Source: Synechococcus sp. | GTDB lineage: Bacteria > Cyanobacteriota > Cyanobacteriia > PCC-6307 > Cyanobiaceae | Assembly: GCA_047285535.1 (NCBI GenBank) | Contig: JBJBDC010000001.1 | Span: 1,792,136-1,856,135 of the forward strand | DNA: 64,000 bases | Direction of reading: 5' to 3' | Shown here: piece after piece, positions 49,974 to 60,779 of the stretch | Layout: each line of letters opens with the position of its first letter | How positions within the stretch are numbered: position 1 is the first letter of the stretch | Program-made: the position numbers and the translations under genes | The notes under the pieces: generated by a model | The model's database searches: none | Told to the model about the DNA's origin: nothing | Seen by the model: only the letters and a program-made list of their open reading frames with translations

Positions 49974-50966
49974 TTAGATCCCTAGCAAATCCAACAGGGT
50001 GACCTCCCATGCCAACCTCGGCTGCACAAAGCTCACTAACTGCATGCGCAAATGCTCAAGCCTCCACAAGGCACGTTCAGCTTGTTTTTGACTCCAGAGT
50101 TGTTGCTGCAACCATTGAATAACCCAAAGTTGTTGCTCTCCATCCAGGGCTTCAGTGAGATCTCGTGCCAAGCCCATGGCTTCAATGGGCTGAGTAGGTA
50201 GACCTTTCAAGCGCCCCATCAGCTCCGGAGGAACGCGCATCCACTGCCTCACATGAGCAAGTAACGCTCCTGGTGAGCCACCAGCCATTTGAACCAGCTC
50301 AGTCTGCAAAAGCGCATGATTGATCGCATCGAGATCTGCTTGAGCAGGCAATCGATGAAGGACCAACTGCATTTCTTCGGCATTCAATCGAGTAAATCGA
50401 ATCAACTGACAGCGCGAACGAATGGTGGCGAGCAACCTTTCCGGAGCTGCAGACAACAGAATCAACAGTCCATGGCCCGGTTCCTCAAGGGTTTTTAACA
50501 AAGCATTGGCGGCTGCTTCCGCCATTGCTTCAGGCTCCTCCAAAACGACTAGGCCACGGGAAGTCTCCAGCGGTTTGCGGGCCAGGAAGCGACTGACTTC
50601 TCGAATCTGATCCAAACGCAATTGAGGAGGCGTTCGCCGACTCACACCTGCCTCTTCAGCTTCAGAACGCGGGATCAAACGTCCCTGATGGGTGTAGCTG
50701 GGTTCAACCCAAAGAAGATCGGGGTGGTTGCGTTCTATCAAGCGGCGACGTTGACGCTCATTGCATTGACCTTCGCTGATCACTCCCTCGAGGAACCGAA
50801 GAACGGCAAGCCTCCTTCCAACACCCTCTGGGCCAGCAAAGATGTATGCAGGAGCGAGCCGCCCCTGCTTGAGAGCTGCCTGCAAAAGAGTCACCGCCAG
50901 ATGCTGACCCAGCAGATCAGCAAACAGATCCGGCTCTCCCTCTAACACTTGGGTCATCTTTGCCAC
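49974..50966 (-). CDS. holB: DNA polymerase III subunit delta'
   Basis: AYIFAGPEGVGR, NHPDLLW, AANALLKTLEEP and TIRSRC motifs. Confidence 0.92.
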   Translation of the reverse strand: MAKMTQVLEGEPDLFADLLGQHLAVTLLQAALKQGRLAPAYIFAGPEGVGRRLAVLRFLEGVISEGQCNERQRRRLIERNHPDLLWVEPSYTHQGRLIPRSEAEEAGVSRRTPPQLRLDQIREVSRFLARKPLETSRGLVVLEEPEAMAEAAANALLKTLEEPGHGLLILLSAAPERLLATIRSRCQLIRFTRLNAEEMQLVLHRLPAQADLDAINHALLQTELVQMAGGSPGALLAHVRQWMRVPPELMGRLKGLPTQPIEAMGLARDLTEALDGEQQLWVIQWLQQQLWSQKQAERALWRLEHLRMQLVSFVQPRLAWEVTLLDLLGI

Positions 50967-51604
50967 TCAGCAGCTCTGACCAGCAACGCAGTCCGAATCG
51001 ACTCAGTGACGTCCTCAAGAGGACGATCCGCCACAACCGAGACCCAACCACGAGCATCTGCCATGTCAGAGAACCCTTTGGAGACTCTCTCTAGAAACGC
51101 AAAACCCTCTGCCTCTATACGGTCTTCCTGACGTCTTCCTCGTCGTTCAACGCTCAACTCCAAAGGGATGTCAAGCCAAAATGTCATGTCTGGGCTGAGT
51201 CCTCGCGTAGCAATTCGCTCAAGATCAACGATTAGATCGCGATTGAGACCTCGCCCATATCCCTGGTAGGCCATTGTCGATCCAGTAAATCGATCACTGA
51301 GAACCCAATCACCCCGCTCCAAAGCGGGCTGGATCACACGATCAACATGTTGGGCCCGATCTGCGGCATACAACAACAGTTCAGCTGTGGGCTCAGGGTC
51401 AGCATTGGGCGGCGGATGAAGAAGAAGCTGGCGAAGGCTGACCCCCAAGGCGGTACCACCTGGCTCTCGCGTCACCACCAACTGAGCTCCGTTGGGCATG
51501 AGTCCGCTCTTTGGAAGCCAGCTGGAAAGGTGCTGAAGCTGGGTCGTCTTGCCACAACCATCAATGCCTTCCATCACCAGCAATCGCCCCTTCCTGGTGA
51601 TCAT
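50954..51604 (-). CDS. tmk: Thymidylate kinase
   Basis: EGIDGCGKTTQ, TREPGGT and DRFTGSTMAYQG motifs. Confidence 0.95.
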   Translation of the reverse strand: MITRKGRLLVMEGIDGCGKTTQLQHLSSWLPKSGLMPNGAQLVVTREPGGTALGVSLRQLLLHPPPNADPEPTAELLLYAADRAQHVDRVIQPALERGDWVLSDRFTGSTMAYQGYGRGLNRDLIVDLERIATRGLSPDMTFWLDIPLELSVERRGRRQEDRIEAEGFAFLERVSKGFSDMADARGWVSVVADRPLEDVTESIRTALLVRAAEWQR

Positions 51605-51606
51605 CG

Positions 51607-53955
51607 TTATCGAAGCCGCAAACTGAGGGCATTTACCACCACGGACACCGAGCTAAACGCCATCAGCAACGCTGCTAGCGGGGGGGAAAGCAGCAATCCA
51701 GAGCCAGGTAAAAGCACACCAGCGGCAATGGGCAATGCAATCAGGTTGTAGCCAAACGCCCAAACTAAATTCTGTCGAATCTTGGCCATCGTGCGTCTGG
51801 CAAGACCAAGCGCCTCTGGCACCGCCTCAAGCCTGTCGCCGAGCAAGACAAGATCAGCTGTGTCCTGAGCAATCTGAGTACCAGTTCCCACTGCAATCCC
51901 AAGATCGGCTGCCGCCAAAGCAGGTGCATCATTAATTCCATCGCCCACCATGGCGACTGCCCCCTGAGCGCGCCAAGACTCAAGTCGTTCAAGTTTTTGA
52001 TGAGGCAACAGCTGCCAAGCCATATCTGAACAGGCAAAATCGAGTTCTTGTCCCACCCTCTCGACCGCCTGACGACGATCTCCACTCAGCATGGCTACAG
52101 ACTGACCTTGGGCTCGCAATCTCTGAAGGGCAACGGATGCGTCAGGGCGTAGCCGATCATCGATGGTGACCAGACCTAAGGGACACTCAGCCAAAGCGAC
52201 AGCGACCAATGACTGACCCCGCTGAAGGGCTGAATCGACCGTCTGTTGCTGTTGATCTGACCAAGACACACCTTGACCACGCAGCCATGCCGGAGATCCC
52301 ACGCGTACTAAGCCATCCACTCCTTGCAAATGCCCTTCCATGCCAGCACCAGGGATCGTGCGACTGGAATCGACCGGCAAGAGAGGTAACTGCAGCCTTT
52401 GTGCCTCCTGCAGAAGCGCATGGGCCAGTGGGTGACGGCTGGTTTGCTCAAGACTGGCAGCTAACTGAAGCGTTTGTGGAGGGTCCCCACTCGCCAAGAC
52501 GGCATCAACCAACGGTCTACCAAGCGTGAGTGTGCCGGTTTTATCGAACACGATGCGTTGAACCGAGGCTGCCAGTTCCATCACATCCCCACCTCGAAAC
52601 AACCAGCCCTGCTTTGCAGCCAATCCTGAAGAGACAGTAATCACCGTGGGAGTAGCCAATCCCAAAGCACATGGGCACGCCACCACAAGAACAGCAATCG
52701 CGAGTTGAAGAGCAAGACCAAGAGGCGTCTCAGCTCCCGCACCAAGAGATCCATGCAGACCATGCGCATGACCGTGATCCATCAAGGCCACAGGAACCTC
52801 CAGCACCTGAGGCCAGAGACGACAGCCGATCTGCCACCAAAACAGGAACGTCATGATGGCAAAACTGACCACTGCATAACAAAACCGACCTGCCACGCGA
52901 TCAGCAAGGCCCTGAATCGGTGCCTTGCGGGCCTGGGCCTGCTCCACCAAATCAATAATGCGAGCCAGTGCGGTTTCACGACCGATCCGCTGGACCTCCA
53001 GGACAAGAGTGGCTTCAAGATTGAGGCTGCCTGAGCTGAGCTCTGTGCCAGGCGAAGCATCCATAGGCAATGGTTCGCCCGTCAAGCTGGACAGATCAAC
53101 AGCGGAATGGCCCTCTCTCACGATTCCGTCAACCGGCACTCGATCCCCTGCCAACAGCTGTACGCGCTCTCCTGGTCTCAACGCTGCAACTGAAACCTCC
53201 CGGATGGTGTCATCCTCCATCAACAACCTGGCCACATCCGGCTGAAGGGCTGCCAAGTCCTGCAGTGCACGGCCGGTACGCCGGCGCGCACGCTCTTCAA
53301 GAAAGCGACCCAGCAACACAAAGCCCAGCAGCATCACTGGCTCGTTGAAAAAGCAAGGCCAACCCACTTGAGGCCAAGCCAATGCGACCAAACTGGCCAA
53401 ATAAGCGCTGCCAACACCAAGGCTAACCAAAGTATCCATCGTCGGCACGCCCCCACGAGCAGCACGCCAGCCAGCGAACAGAATGGGCCGCCCTGGACCA
53501 ATCAACGCAACAGTGGCCAAACCCGCATGGAAGGGAAGCGTTCCAAGGAGAGGTAAGTCGAGGGTTCCGGCCTGAGCCAGGTGACCAACCACCGACAACA
53601 CCAGCAAGACAAGGGCAACGATCAATTGACGCCACTGCTGCCACCAACCCCAACTGCGATCAGTTGCAACGGATGCACCGAAAGCATCGGTTTGGCGGGG
53701 TTGAGCATCAAAACCTCGTGCCGCCAAGGCATCGATTACTGCATCAAGATCCCAATCAACATCGCCATCAAAGCTGACCCAGGCGCTGCGAGTCACCAGA
53801 TTAACGCTGGCTTCGAGGACGCCGGGTTGATCAAGCAGGGTGCGTTCAACTGAGCGAACGCAACCACCACACTTCATTCCCTCCACATCAAGCAACGCTG
53901 TGGGGTGACGAATGGCGGCATTGGCAGGATTGGTCACGGCTGCAGAACGCATCAA
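51607..53955 (-). CDS. Copper-type P1B ATPase (CtaA-like)
   Basis: GMKCGGC, TGE, CPCALGLATP, DKTGT, HP, GDGINDAP and YN motifs. Confidence 0.92.
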   Translation of the reverse strand: MMRSAAVTNPANAAIRHPTALLDVEGMKCGGCVRSVERTLLDQPGVLEASVNLVTRSAWVSFDGDVDWDLDAVIDALAARGFDAQPRQTDAFGASVATDRSWGWWQQWRQLIVALVLLVLSVVGHLAQAGTLDLPLLGTLPFHAGLATVALIGPGRPILFAGWRAARGGVPTMDTLVSLGVGSAYLASLVALAWPQVGWPCFFNEPVMLLGFVLLGRFLEERARRRTGRALQDLAALQPDVARLLMEDDTIREVSVAALRPGERVQLLAGDRVPVDGIVREGHSAVDLSSLTGEPLPMDASPGTELSSGSLNLEATLVLEVQRIGRETALARIIDLVEQAQARKAPIQGLADRVAGRFCYAVVSFAIMTFLFWWQIGCRLWPQVLEVPVALMDHGHAHGLHGSLGAGAETPLGLALQLAIAVLVVACPCALGLATPTVITVSSGLAAKQGWLFRGGDVMELAASVQRIVFDKTGTLTLGRPLVDAVLASGDPPQTLQLAASLEQTSRHPLAHALLQEAQRLQLPLLPVDSSRTIPGAGMEGHLQGVDGLVRVGSPAWLRGQGVSWSDQQQQTVDSALQRGQSLVAVALAECPLGLVTIDDRLRPDASVALQRLRAQGQSVAMLSGDRRQAVERVGQELDFACSDMAWQLLPHQKLERLESWRAQGAVAMVGDGINDAPALAAADLGIAVGTGTQIAQDTADLVLLGDRLEAVPEALGLARRTMAKIRQNLVWAFGYNLIALPIAAGVLLPGSGLLLSPPLAALLMAFSSVSVVVNALSLRLR

Positions 53956-54013
53956 TGAACGTTAGGCAGTACCGATTGCCGTCAGGATGGCATTACTGCT
54001 TTTCTGGATTCCT

Positions 54014-54535
54014 GTGCCTCGCAGCAACCGTAACGACAACTTTATCGACAAAAGCTTCACGGTCATGGCCGATCTCATCGTGAAGCTACTTCCGATTAAT
54101 GCCCGTGCCAAGGAAGCTTATGTGTATTACCGCGACGGGCTTTCTGCCCAGAATGATGGAGATTATGCCGAGGCATTGGAAAACTATGAGGAGAGCTTGA
54201 AGCTTGAAGAGAACCCAGTCGACCGAGGGGAGACCTTGAAAAACATCGCCATCATCTACATGAGCAATGGCGAAGAAGAGCGCGCAATAGAGACCTATCA
54301 AAAGGCACTTGAAGAGAATCCCAAGCAACCTTCATGCCTAAAAAACATGGGTCTCATTTATGAAAAACGAGGCCGAATAGCGGAAGAAGAAGGTCGTCGC
54401 GATGATGCTGACGGCTGGTTTGACCAAGCCGCTGAGGTATGGACCCAGGCGGTGAGGCTGAACCCTGGCGGCTATCTGGATATCGAAAACTGGCTCAAAT
54501 CAACAGGACGTAGCAACGTGGATGTGTACTTCTGA
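54014..54535 (+). CDS. ycf3: Photosystem I assembly protein Ycf3
   Basis: [19 protein letters not shown]...YYRDG; GTG start. Confidence 0.96.
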   Translation: MPRSNRNDNFIDKSFTVMADLIVKLLPINARAKEAYVYYRDGLSAQNDGDYAEALENYEESLKLEENPVDRGETLKNIAIIYMSNGEEERAIETYQKALEENPKQPSCLKNMGLIYEKRGRIAEEEGRRDDADGWFDQAAEVWTQAVRLNPGGYLDIENWLKSTGRSNVDVYF

Positions 54536-54538
54536 GGG

Positions 54539-55936
54539 TCAGGATTCGCCGTCAGCGGGATTAACCCCTAACGCAAGCACAAGAGCCTCTGTAATGGATC
54601 CAGCTTCGTGCAGCTCCAAGTTCAGGCTGGCAGCCGCCGATCCCAATCCACAACCCTTTGGAACCACAGCACGTCTGAATCCGAGACGGACGGCCTCCTG
54701 CAGGCGCAACTCCAACTGCCCAACGGGTCTGAGCTGACCTCCCAAGCCAAGCTCTCCCAGCAAAACGGAACCCGCCGGCAGGATGAGGTCTCGATAACTA
54801 GCAACAACAGCAGCTGCCACACCAAGATCAGCCGCTGGCTCCTCCACATCGAGACCGCCAGCCACTGCCAGATAGCAATCAAAACGAGAAAGGGGAAGTC
54901 CCATGTGCTTTTCAAGCACAGCAAGGATCTGATGCAAACGATTCACAGCAATACCTGTAGCTGTTCTCCGTGGGCTTGCGTAACTGGTTGTACTGACCAA
55001 CGCCTGTAGATCAACCACCAGAGGTCTTGTGCCTTCACAAGCCACAATCGTGGCAACTCCGCTCGCCTCATCTCCACTTAAAAACAACTCGCTTGGGTTT
55101 TTCACCTCAACAAGGCCCTGGCCCTGCATTTCGAATACACCCAGTTCATGCGTGGCACCAAAACGATTTTTAACAGCACGCAGTAATCGATGACTGGCAA
55201 AGCGGTCGCCCTCAAACGTGAGTACGGCGTCAACCAAGTGTTCAAGCACTTTTGGGCCTGCCAGCATCCCCTCTTTCGTGACATGGCCCACGAGCAATAA
55301 AGCGGTGTTCTGACGCTTAGCGAGACGTTGTAGAGAAGCAGCGCATTCACGCACTTGAGCGACTGACCCTGGTGCGCTCGAGAGATTGGCGTCATGCAAG
55401 GCCTGAATACTGTCGATGATCGCCACATCTGGACGCAGAGCCTCAAGCTCCTCCAGAACAAGCTCCAAATCGGTCTCGGCAAGCAGTTGAAGCCGCTCAC
55501 TCTCACCACCCAAGCGCAACCAGCGCAACTTCACCTGCTGCGCCGACTCCTCGGCACTGACGTAGAGAACTGAGAGCCGATTGGCCATCAGCGATGCGCT
55601 CTGAAGCAGCAGCGTGCTTTTCCCAATCCCTGGGTCACCACCGACAAGGACAAGGGAACCAGGCACAACGCCACCGCCCAGCACTCGATCCAGTTCCGGG
55701 TAGCCACTATCCAGGCGCCGAATCGGACGATCACCAAGATCAGACATCGCCGTCGAGCGCCGCGCGACAGGAGCTGCAGCTGATTCAACGGGAGCTCTCC
55801 TACGCCTACCGTCGTGCTTGGGCGCCTTTTGCTCGATCAAGGAATTCCAGCTACCGCAACTACTGCAACGGCCAAAAAACTGCCGAGTCTGAGCACCACA
55901 GCTCTGACAAACGAACAATGAGGCGGGTCGGGACAC
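54539..55936 (-). CDS. radA: DNA repair protein RadA/Sms
   Basis: C4 zinc finger, GDPGIGKSTL and KNRFG motifs. Confidence 0.96.
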   Translation of the reverse strand: MSRPASLFVCQSCGAQTRQFFGRCSSCGSWNSLIEQKAPKHDGRRRRAPVESAAAPVARRSTAMSDLGDRPIRRLDSGYPELDRVLGGGVVPGSLVLVGGDPGIGKSTLLLQSASLMANRLSVLYVSAEESAQQVKLRWLRLGGESERLQLLAETDLELVLEELEALRPDVAIIDSIQALHDANLSSAPGSVAQVRECAASLQRLAKRQNTALLLVGHVTKEGMLAGPKVLEHLVDAVLTFEGDRFASHRLLRAVKNRFGATHELGVFEMQGQGLVEVKNPSELFLSGDEASGVATIVACEGTRPLVVDLQALVSTTSYASPRRTATGIAVNRLHQILAVLEKHMGLPLSRFDCYLAVAGGLDVEEPAADLGVAAAVVASYRDLILPAGSVLLGELGLGGQLRPVGQLELRLQEAVRLGFRRAVVPKGCGLGSAAASLNLELHEAGSITEALVLALGVNPADGES

Positions 55937-56027
55937 GTCGAACTATGAAGAAAGTTGGCTTTCGGTGAATGAACTGGGCCTCGATCCACTTATCTGTAGC
56001 CAATACTTGTACGAAATAGCTGCTGAT

Positions 56028-56774
56028 ATGACGGCCACAGGCGCCAGCAAAGAAACCATTCTCGTAGTTGATGACGAGGCCAGTATTCGACGGATTCTGG
56101 AAACACGTCTATCGATGATCGGTTACAACGTCGTCACAGCCTGTGACGGCACCGAAGCTCTGGAAAGCTTTGAGCAGTGCAATCCAGACTTGGTTGTCTT
56201 GGATGTGATGATGCCGAAGCTTGACGGTTACGGGGTTTGCCAGGAACTGCGCAAAGAATCGGATGTGCCGATTGTGATGCTCACCGCCCTGGGGGATGTT
56301 GCAGACAGAATTACCGGCCTAGAGCTCGGTGCCGATGACTATGTCGTCAAACCTTTTAGCCCCAAGGAACTTGAAGCAAGAATCCGTTGTGTTCTGCGTC
56401 GAGTTGAAAAAGAGCAGGTGGCCGGTATCCCCAACTCGGGGGTGATTCAAGTAGCAGATCTGCGCATCGACACCAACAAAAGACAAGTGTTCCGCGCGGA
56501 CGAACGCATCCGACTCACCGGAATGGAATTCAGCCTCCTAGAACTGCTCGTTGGTCGCTCGGGAGAACCATTCAGCCGAGGTGAAATCCTGAAGGATGTT
56601 TGGGGATATACACCTGAACGACACGTGGACACGAGGGTCGTGGACGTTCATATTTCACGCCTTCGCTCCAAACTAGAAGACGATCCGGCTAATCCCGAGC
56701 TAATCCTCACGGCTCGGGGCACCGGTTATTTGTTCCAGCGCATCATCGATTCCGTTGCACCCGAAGGATCCTGA
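56028..56774 (+). CDS. rpaB: OmpR-family response regulator RpaB
   Basis: DDEASIRRILETRLSMIGY and WGYTPERHVDTRVVDVHISRLR motifs. Confidence 0.96.
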   Translation: MTATGASKETILVVDDEASIRRILETRLSMIGYNVVTACDGTEALESFEQCNPDLVVLDVMMPKLDGYGVCQELRKESDVPIVMLTALGDVADRITGLELGADDYVVKPFSPKELEARIRCVLRRVEKEQVAGIPNSGVIQVADLRIDTNKRQVFRADERIRLTGMEFSLLELLVGRSGEPFSRGEILKDVWGYTPERHVDTRVVDVHISRLRSKLEDDPANPELILTARGTGYLFQRIIDSVAPEGS

Positions 56775-58095
56775 ATTCAGCCCGGCCGAAGAAGCCAGGA
56801 GCAAACCACGCCGTTCCAAGGCGGTAAGAAGACTAGTGATTTGGTACCGGCGCAATACCGCCGTAACCAGCCTTGTCGATACTGCAACCACCTCAGCCAG
56901 CGCTGCAGGCAATGTGGCTGAATCCGTCGGCTCAATGGCGGGAAGTGTGGTCACCAACGCCGGGAGCATGGCTGGACAGATGCTTCAGCCGGTGATGGAC
57001 CCTCTCCGCCGCCTGCAAAGTACTGATGTAGGTGATGACGGAGTCATCAACGACAAGGATCGCCTGTGGGTTGCAGTAGACGGAATGGGTGGAGACCATT
57101 CGCCTGAAGAGATCCTGGAAGGCTCTCTTCAGGCCATCAATCGACTGCCGTTGCGCATCCGCTTTGTCGGCGAAACCAAACGGATCATCGAGACGGCTGA
57201 GACCTATGGCTTAACAGAACCCCTCAACAACGCCATCGAAGCAGGACAACTGGAGCTGATCCCTAGTGGCCCTTCCGTGGAAATGGATGAGGAAGCCACG
57301 GTTGTTCGCCGGAAGCGTGATGCCAGCATCAATGTGGCTATGGATCTTGTAAAACGTGGAGAAGCCTTGGCGGTTTACTCCGCTGGAAATTCCGGTGCCG
57401 TCATGGCTTCGGCCATATTTCGGCTTGGACGGTTAGCAGGCATCGACAGGCCTGCCATCGGAGCCCTGTTCCCAACAAAAGATCCTGCCCAGCCTGTACT
57501 CGTTCTTGATGTGGGGGCGAATATGGACTGTAAGCCTTCCTACATGCACCAATTCGCCTTGCTCGGCAACATCTACTGCCGTGATGTCCTTCAGGTGAAC
57601 CGACCCAGAATTGGCCTGCTCAACATTGGTGAAGAAGAATGCAAAGGGAATGAATTAACCCAACGGACCCACGAACGACTCAAAGAAGAAACCCGGCTTC
57701 AATTCACAGGAAATTGCGAAGGGAGAGACGTCCTCTCCGGAGACTTTGATGTAGTGGTTTGCGATGGTTTTACAGGCAATGTGCTGCTGAAATTCCTTGA
57801 ATCGGTGGGCAGTGTGCTGCTCGGAGTTCTTCGGGCTGAATTGCCTCGTGGACGCCGCGGGAAAGTAGGCTCAGCTTTCCTTCGCAGCAATCTCAAGCGC
57901 ATCAAGAAACGTCTGGACCATGCTGAACATGGCGGGGCTCTCCTTCTTGGTGTCAACGGGATTTGCGTCATCGGCCACGGAAGCAGCAAGGCCCTATCTG
58001 TGGTGAGCGCTCTGCGCTTAGCTCACTCCGCTGCGAGCCACGGTGTGATGGACAATCTCGCTGAACTCAGCAAGCCAACATCCATCAAAAGCTGA
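56755..58095 (+). CDS. plsX: Phosphate acyltransferase PlsX
   Basis: AVDGMGGD, SAGNSGA, GIDRPAI, LDVGAN and VCDGFTGN motifs. Confidence 0.95.
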   Translation: MHPKDPEFSPAEEARSKPRRSKAVRRLVIWYRRNTAVTSLVDTATTSASAAGNVAESVGSMAGSVVTNAGSMAGQMLQPVMDPLRRLQSTDVGDDGVINDKDRLWVAVDGMGGDHSPEEILEGSLQAINRLPLRIRFVGETKRIIETAETYGLTEPLNNAIEAGQLELIPSGPSVEMDEEATVVRRKRDASINVAMDLVKRGEALAVYSAGNSGAVMASAIFRLGRLAGIDRPAIGALFPTKDPAQPVLVLDVGANMDCKPSYMHQFALLGNIYCRDVLQVNRPRIGLLNIGEEECKGNELTQRTHERLKEETRLQFTGNCEGRDVLSGDFDVVVCDGFTGNVLLKFLESVGSVLLGVLRAELPRGRRGKVGSAFLRSNLKRIKKRLDHAEHGGALLLGVNGICVIGHGSSKALSVVSALRLAHSAASHGVMDNLAELSKPTSIKS

Positions 58096-58117
58096 GTACA
58101 CCCTGTCTGGAGTGTGA

Positions 58118-59167
58118 TTGACTGACGCCACTCCCGGCGCTTCCACATTGGCTGGATCTCCCCCACCCTTCCGTGGCATGGCTCTTGTCGCCAGTGGCAG
58201 TGCCCAGGCGAACCAAACCATTAGCAATGCTGACCTGAGCGCAAGGGTTCAGACAAGTGATGACTGGATTCGCACTCGCACAGGAATCCAATCTCGTCGG
58301 ATCAGCACTCCCGAGGAATCGCTAAGTGACCTTGCAATCCGTGCTGGGCAAAATGCATTGACGATGGCTCGGTGGGAACCGGACACCCTCGATCTTGTTC
58401 TGCTTGCAACGTCCACCCCGGACGACCTATTTGGCTCAGCACCGAGCATTCAGTCCGGATTGAAAGCCAAAAATGCAGTGGCCTTTGACCTCACAGCGGC
58501 CTGCAGCGGCTTCCTTTTTGCGATGGTGACAGCTGCGCAATTCCTGCGCACAGGCGCTATGCAACGGGTGCTAGTGATCGGGGCAGACCAATTAAGCCGC
58601 TTCGTGGACTGGGATGACCGACGCACATGTGTTCTGTTCGGTGACGGAGCAGGTGCCGTTGCACTCGAAGCCACCTCTGCTCAAGAGGATGGCTTATTGG
58701 GTTTCAGGCTGCGTAGCGACGGAAGCCGCGGCCAGGCCCTGACCTTGCCGCAGATTCCTACCAGCCTCCCCTTGGTGAACACCGCCCGCCATCAATGTGG
58801 TGGCTATCTGCCGATTCAAATGATTGGACAGGAGGTCTACAAATTTGCCGTACGCGAAGTTCCAGCCATTCTCAAAGAGCTGCTGGACCAGACAAACACC
58901 ACACCGGAACAACTCGATTGGCTCCTACTCCATCAAGCCAACCAGCGGATTTTGGATTCAGTGGCTGATCGATTTGCCATTCCACATGCCAAGGTTTTGA
59001 GCAATTTGGCGAACTACGGCAATACCTCGGCTTCCACAATCCCACTCATGCTTGACGAAGCCGTGCGTGACGGTCGCGTTGCCCCCGGCCATCTCTTAGC
59101 CAGCAGTGGCTTTGGTGCAGGTCTGAGCTGGGGAGCCGCATTGTTGCGCTGGCAAGGTCCCTCCTAG
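58118..59167 (+). CDS. fabH: 3-oxoacyl-ACP synthase III
   Basis: DLTAACSGF, HQANQRI and GNTSAS catalytic triad motifs. Confidence 0.96.
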   Translation: MTDATPGASTLAGSPPPFRGMALVASGSAQANQTISNADLSARVQTSDDWIRTRTGIQSRRISTPEESLSDLAIRAGQNALTMARWEPDTLDLVLLATSTPDDLFGSAPSIQSGLKAKNAVAFDLTAACSGFLFAMVTAAQFLRTGAMQRVLVIGADQLSRFVDWDDRRTCVLFGDGAGAVALEATSAQEDGLLGFRLRSDGSRGQALTLPQIPTSLPLVNTARHQCGGYLPIQMIGQEVYKFAVREVPAILKELLDQTNTTPEQLDWLLLHQANQRILDSVADRFAIPHAKVLSNLANYGNTSASTIPLMLDEAVRDGRVAPGHLLASSGFGAGLSWGAALLRWQGPS

Positions 59168-59195
59168 GCTCCCAGCCATCCTTAATCTGCCAAAG

Positions 59196-60092
59196 ATGTC
59201 AATCGCCTGGGTATTTCCCGGACAGGGGTCTCAGAAGTCGGGCATGGCTGCCCCCGTGCTGACACTTCCTGGAGCGGAAGAACGATTCGCGCTGGCCTCT
59301 CGTCTACTAGGCCGAGATTTACTGGCAATCTGCCAGGGTGAACCGGGAGAACATGGCGATCCAACCGATCTCAATGACACCCGAAACACCCAGCCTGCGC
59401 TATTCGTCATCGAAAGCCTGATTGTGGATGAACTCCTGCGACAGGGGCGCGAGCCCGCACTTGTCGCTGGCCACAGCCTCGGTGAACTTGTTGCGCTGTA
59501 TGCCGCTGGTGTCTTTGATTTCATAACAGGACTGGAGCTGATGCAACGGCGCTCAGAACTCATGGCCACTGCTGGAGGTGGAGCGATGACAGCAGTGATC
59601 GGCTTTGACCGCGATCAACTTGAACAGCTGGTGAACGGTACTGAAGGCGTGGTCATCGCGAATGACAACAGCGCTGCGCAGGTTGTGATCTCAGGTAATC
59701 CAGTCGCCGTGAAAAACGTCAGCGACCAACTCACCTGCAAGCGAGCGATTCCACTTTCGGTATCTGGAGCGTTTCACTCACCATTGATGTCCGAAGCCGC
59801 TGAAGCGTTCAAGACCCATCTTGAAGATTTGGCCTTCGAAGATGCTCGCTTCCCGGTTCTCAGCAACACCAATCCAACGCCCTGCCGCGATGCTGCTCAA
59901 CTGAAAAGGCGCCTATCTAAGCAAATGATTACAGGTGTCCGCTGGAGGGAAACCATGGAGACTCTGTCCTCAGAAGGGATCGATACCTTGATCGAAATTG
60001 GACCTGGCAATGTGCTTAGTGGCTTGGCCAAAAGGGCAATGACTGGCGTAACAACCATCCAGCTCTGCAGTTCAGCCGATTTAGGACATTGA
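59196..60092 (+). CDS. fabD: Malonyl-CoA:ACP transacylase
   Basis: FPGQGSQ, GHSLGE and SGAFHS motifs. Confidence 0.96.
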   Translation: MSIAWVFPGQGSQKSGMAAPVLTLPGAEERFALASRLLGRDLLAICQGEPGEHGDPTDLNDTRNTQPALFVIESLIVDELLRQGREPALVAGHSLGELVALYAAGVFDFITGLELMQRRSELMATAGGGAMTAVIGFDRDQLEQLVNGTEGVVIANDNSAAQVVISGNPVAVKNVSDQLTCKRAIPLSVSGAFHSPLMSEAAEAFKTHLEDLAFEDARFPVLSNTNPTPCRDAAQLKRRLSKQMITGVRWRETMETLSSEGIDTLIEIGPGNVLSGLAKRAMTGVTTIQLCSSADLGH

Positions 60093-60095
60093 GCC

Positions 60096-60779
60096 ATGTC
60101 CTCCCTGAGTCCTATCCCTGACCAAGAATCTGGTGTTCTGCAGCCAGTGACACCAAAACCGAGCCTGATTTACAAGCTCGTCAGCGGCTTGCTGGTTTTT
60201 CCTCTGTTCCGAGGATTATTGAGAGGAAGAACCAGCGGCAAGGCCTTGGTGCCGCAACAAGGCCCCTTAGTCGTGGTCGCAAACCATGGATCCCATCTTG
60301 ATCCTCCATTGCTGGGCCATGCCATCGGTCGTCCGGTTGCATTCATGGCCAAAGCCGAACTCTTTCGCATCCCAATTTTGGGAGCACTCATTCAAGCCTG
60401 CGGCGCTTACCCAGTGAAGCGCGGAACAAGCGATCGAGAGGCTATCCGCACGGCGACAGCACGACTGGATGAAGGTTGGGCTATCGGCGTTTTTCTCGAT
60501 GGCACCCGCCAAACGGACGGACGCGTCAATCAACCAAAGCCTGGAGCAGCATTGCTTGCTGCGCGCACTGGAGCTCCTCTTTTACCGGTTGCAATCATCA
60601 ATACACATCGCGCCCTAGGCCCTGGAAGAGCGTGGCCAAGACTCATTCCGGTGGAACTTCGCATCGGACACCCAATCCCTGCGCCGAGCGGGCGAAGAAA
60701 GCCTGAACTCGAGGCCACCACTCTGGAACTCAAACGCAGAATCAATGCCTTAATCGATCAAGGAGACCACAACCATTGA
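60096..60779 (+). CDS. plsC: 1-acyl-sn-glycerol-3-phosphate acyltransferase
   Basis: NHGSHLD, FMAKAELF and FLDGTR motifs. Confidence 0.92.
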   Translation: MSSLSPIPDQESGVLQPVTPKPSLIYKLVSGLLVFPLFRGLLRGRTSGKALVPQQGPLVVVANHGSHLDPPLLGHAIGRPVAFMAKAELFRIPILGALIQACGAYPVKRGTSDREAIRTATARLDEGWAIGVFLDGTRQTDGRVNQPKPGAALLAARTGAPLLPVAIINTHRALGPGRAWPRLIPVELRIGHPIPAPSGRRKPELEATTLELKRRINALIDQGDHNH

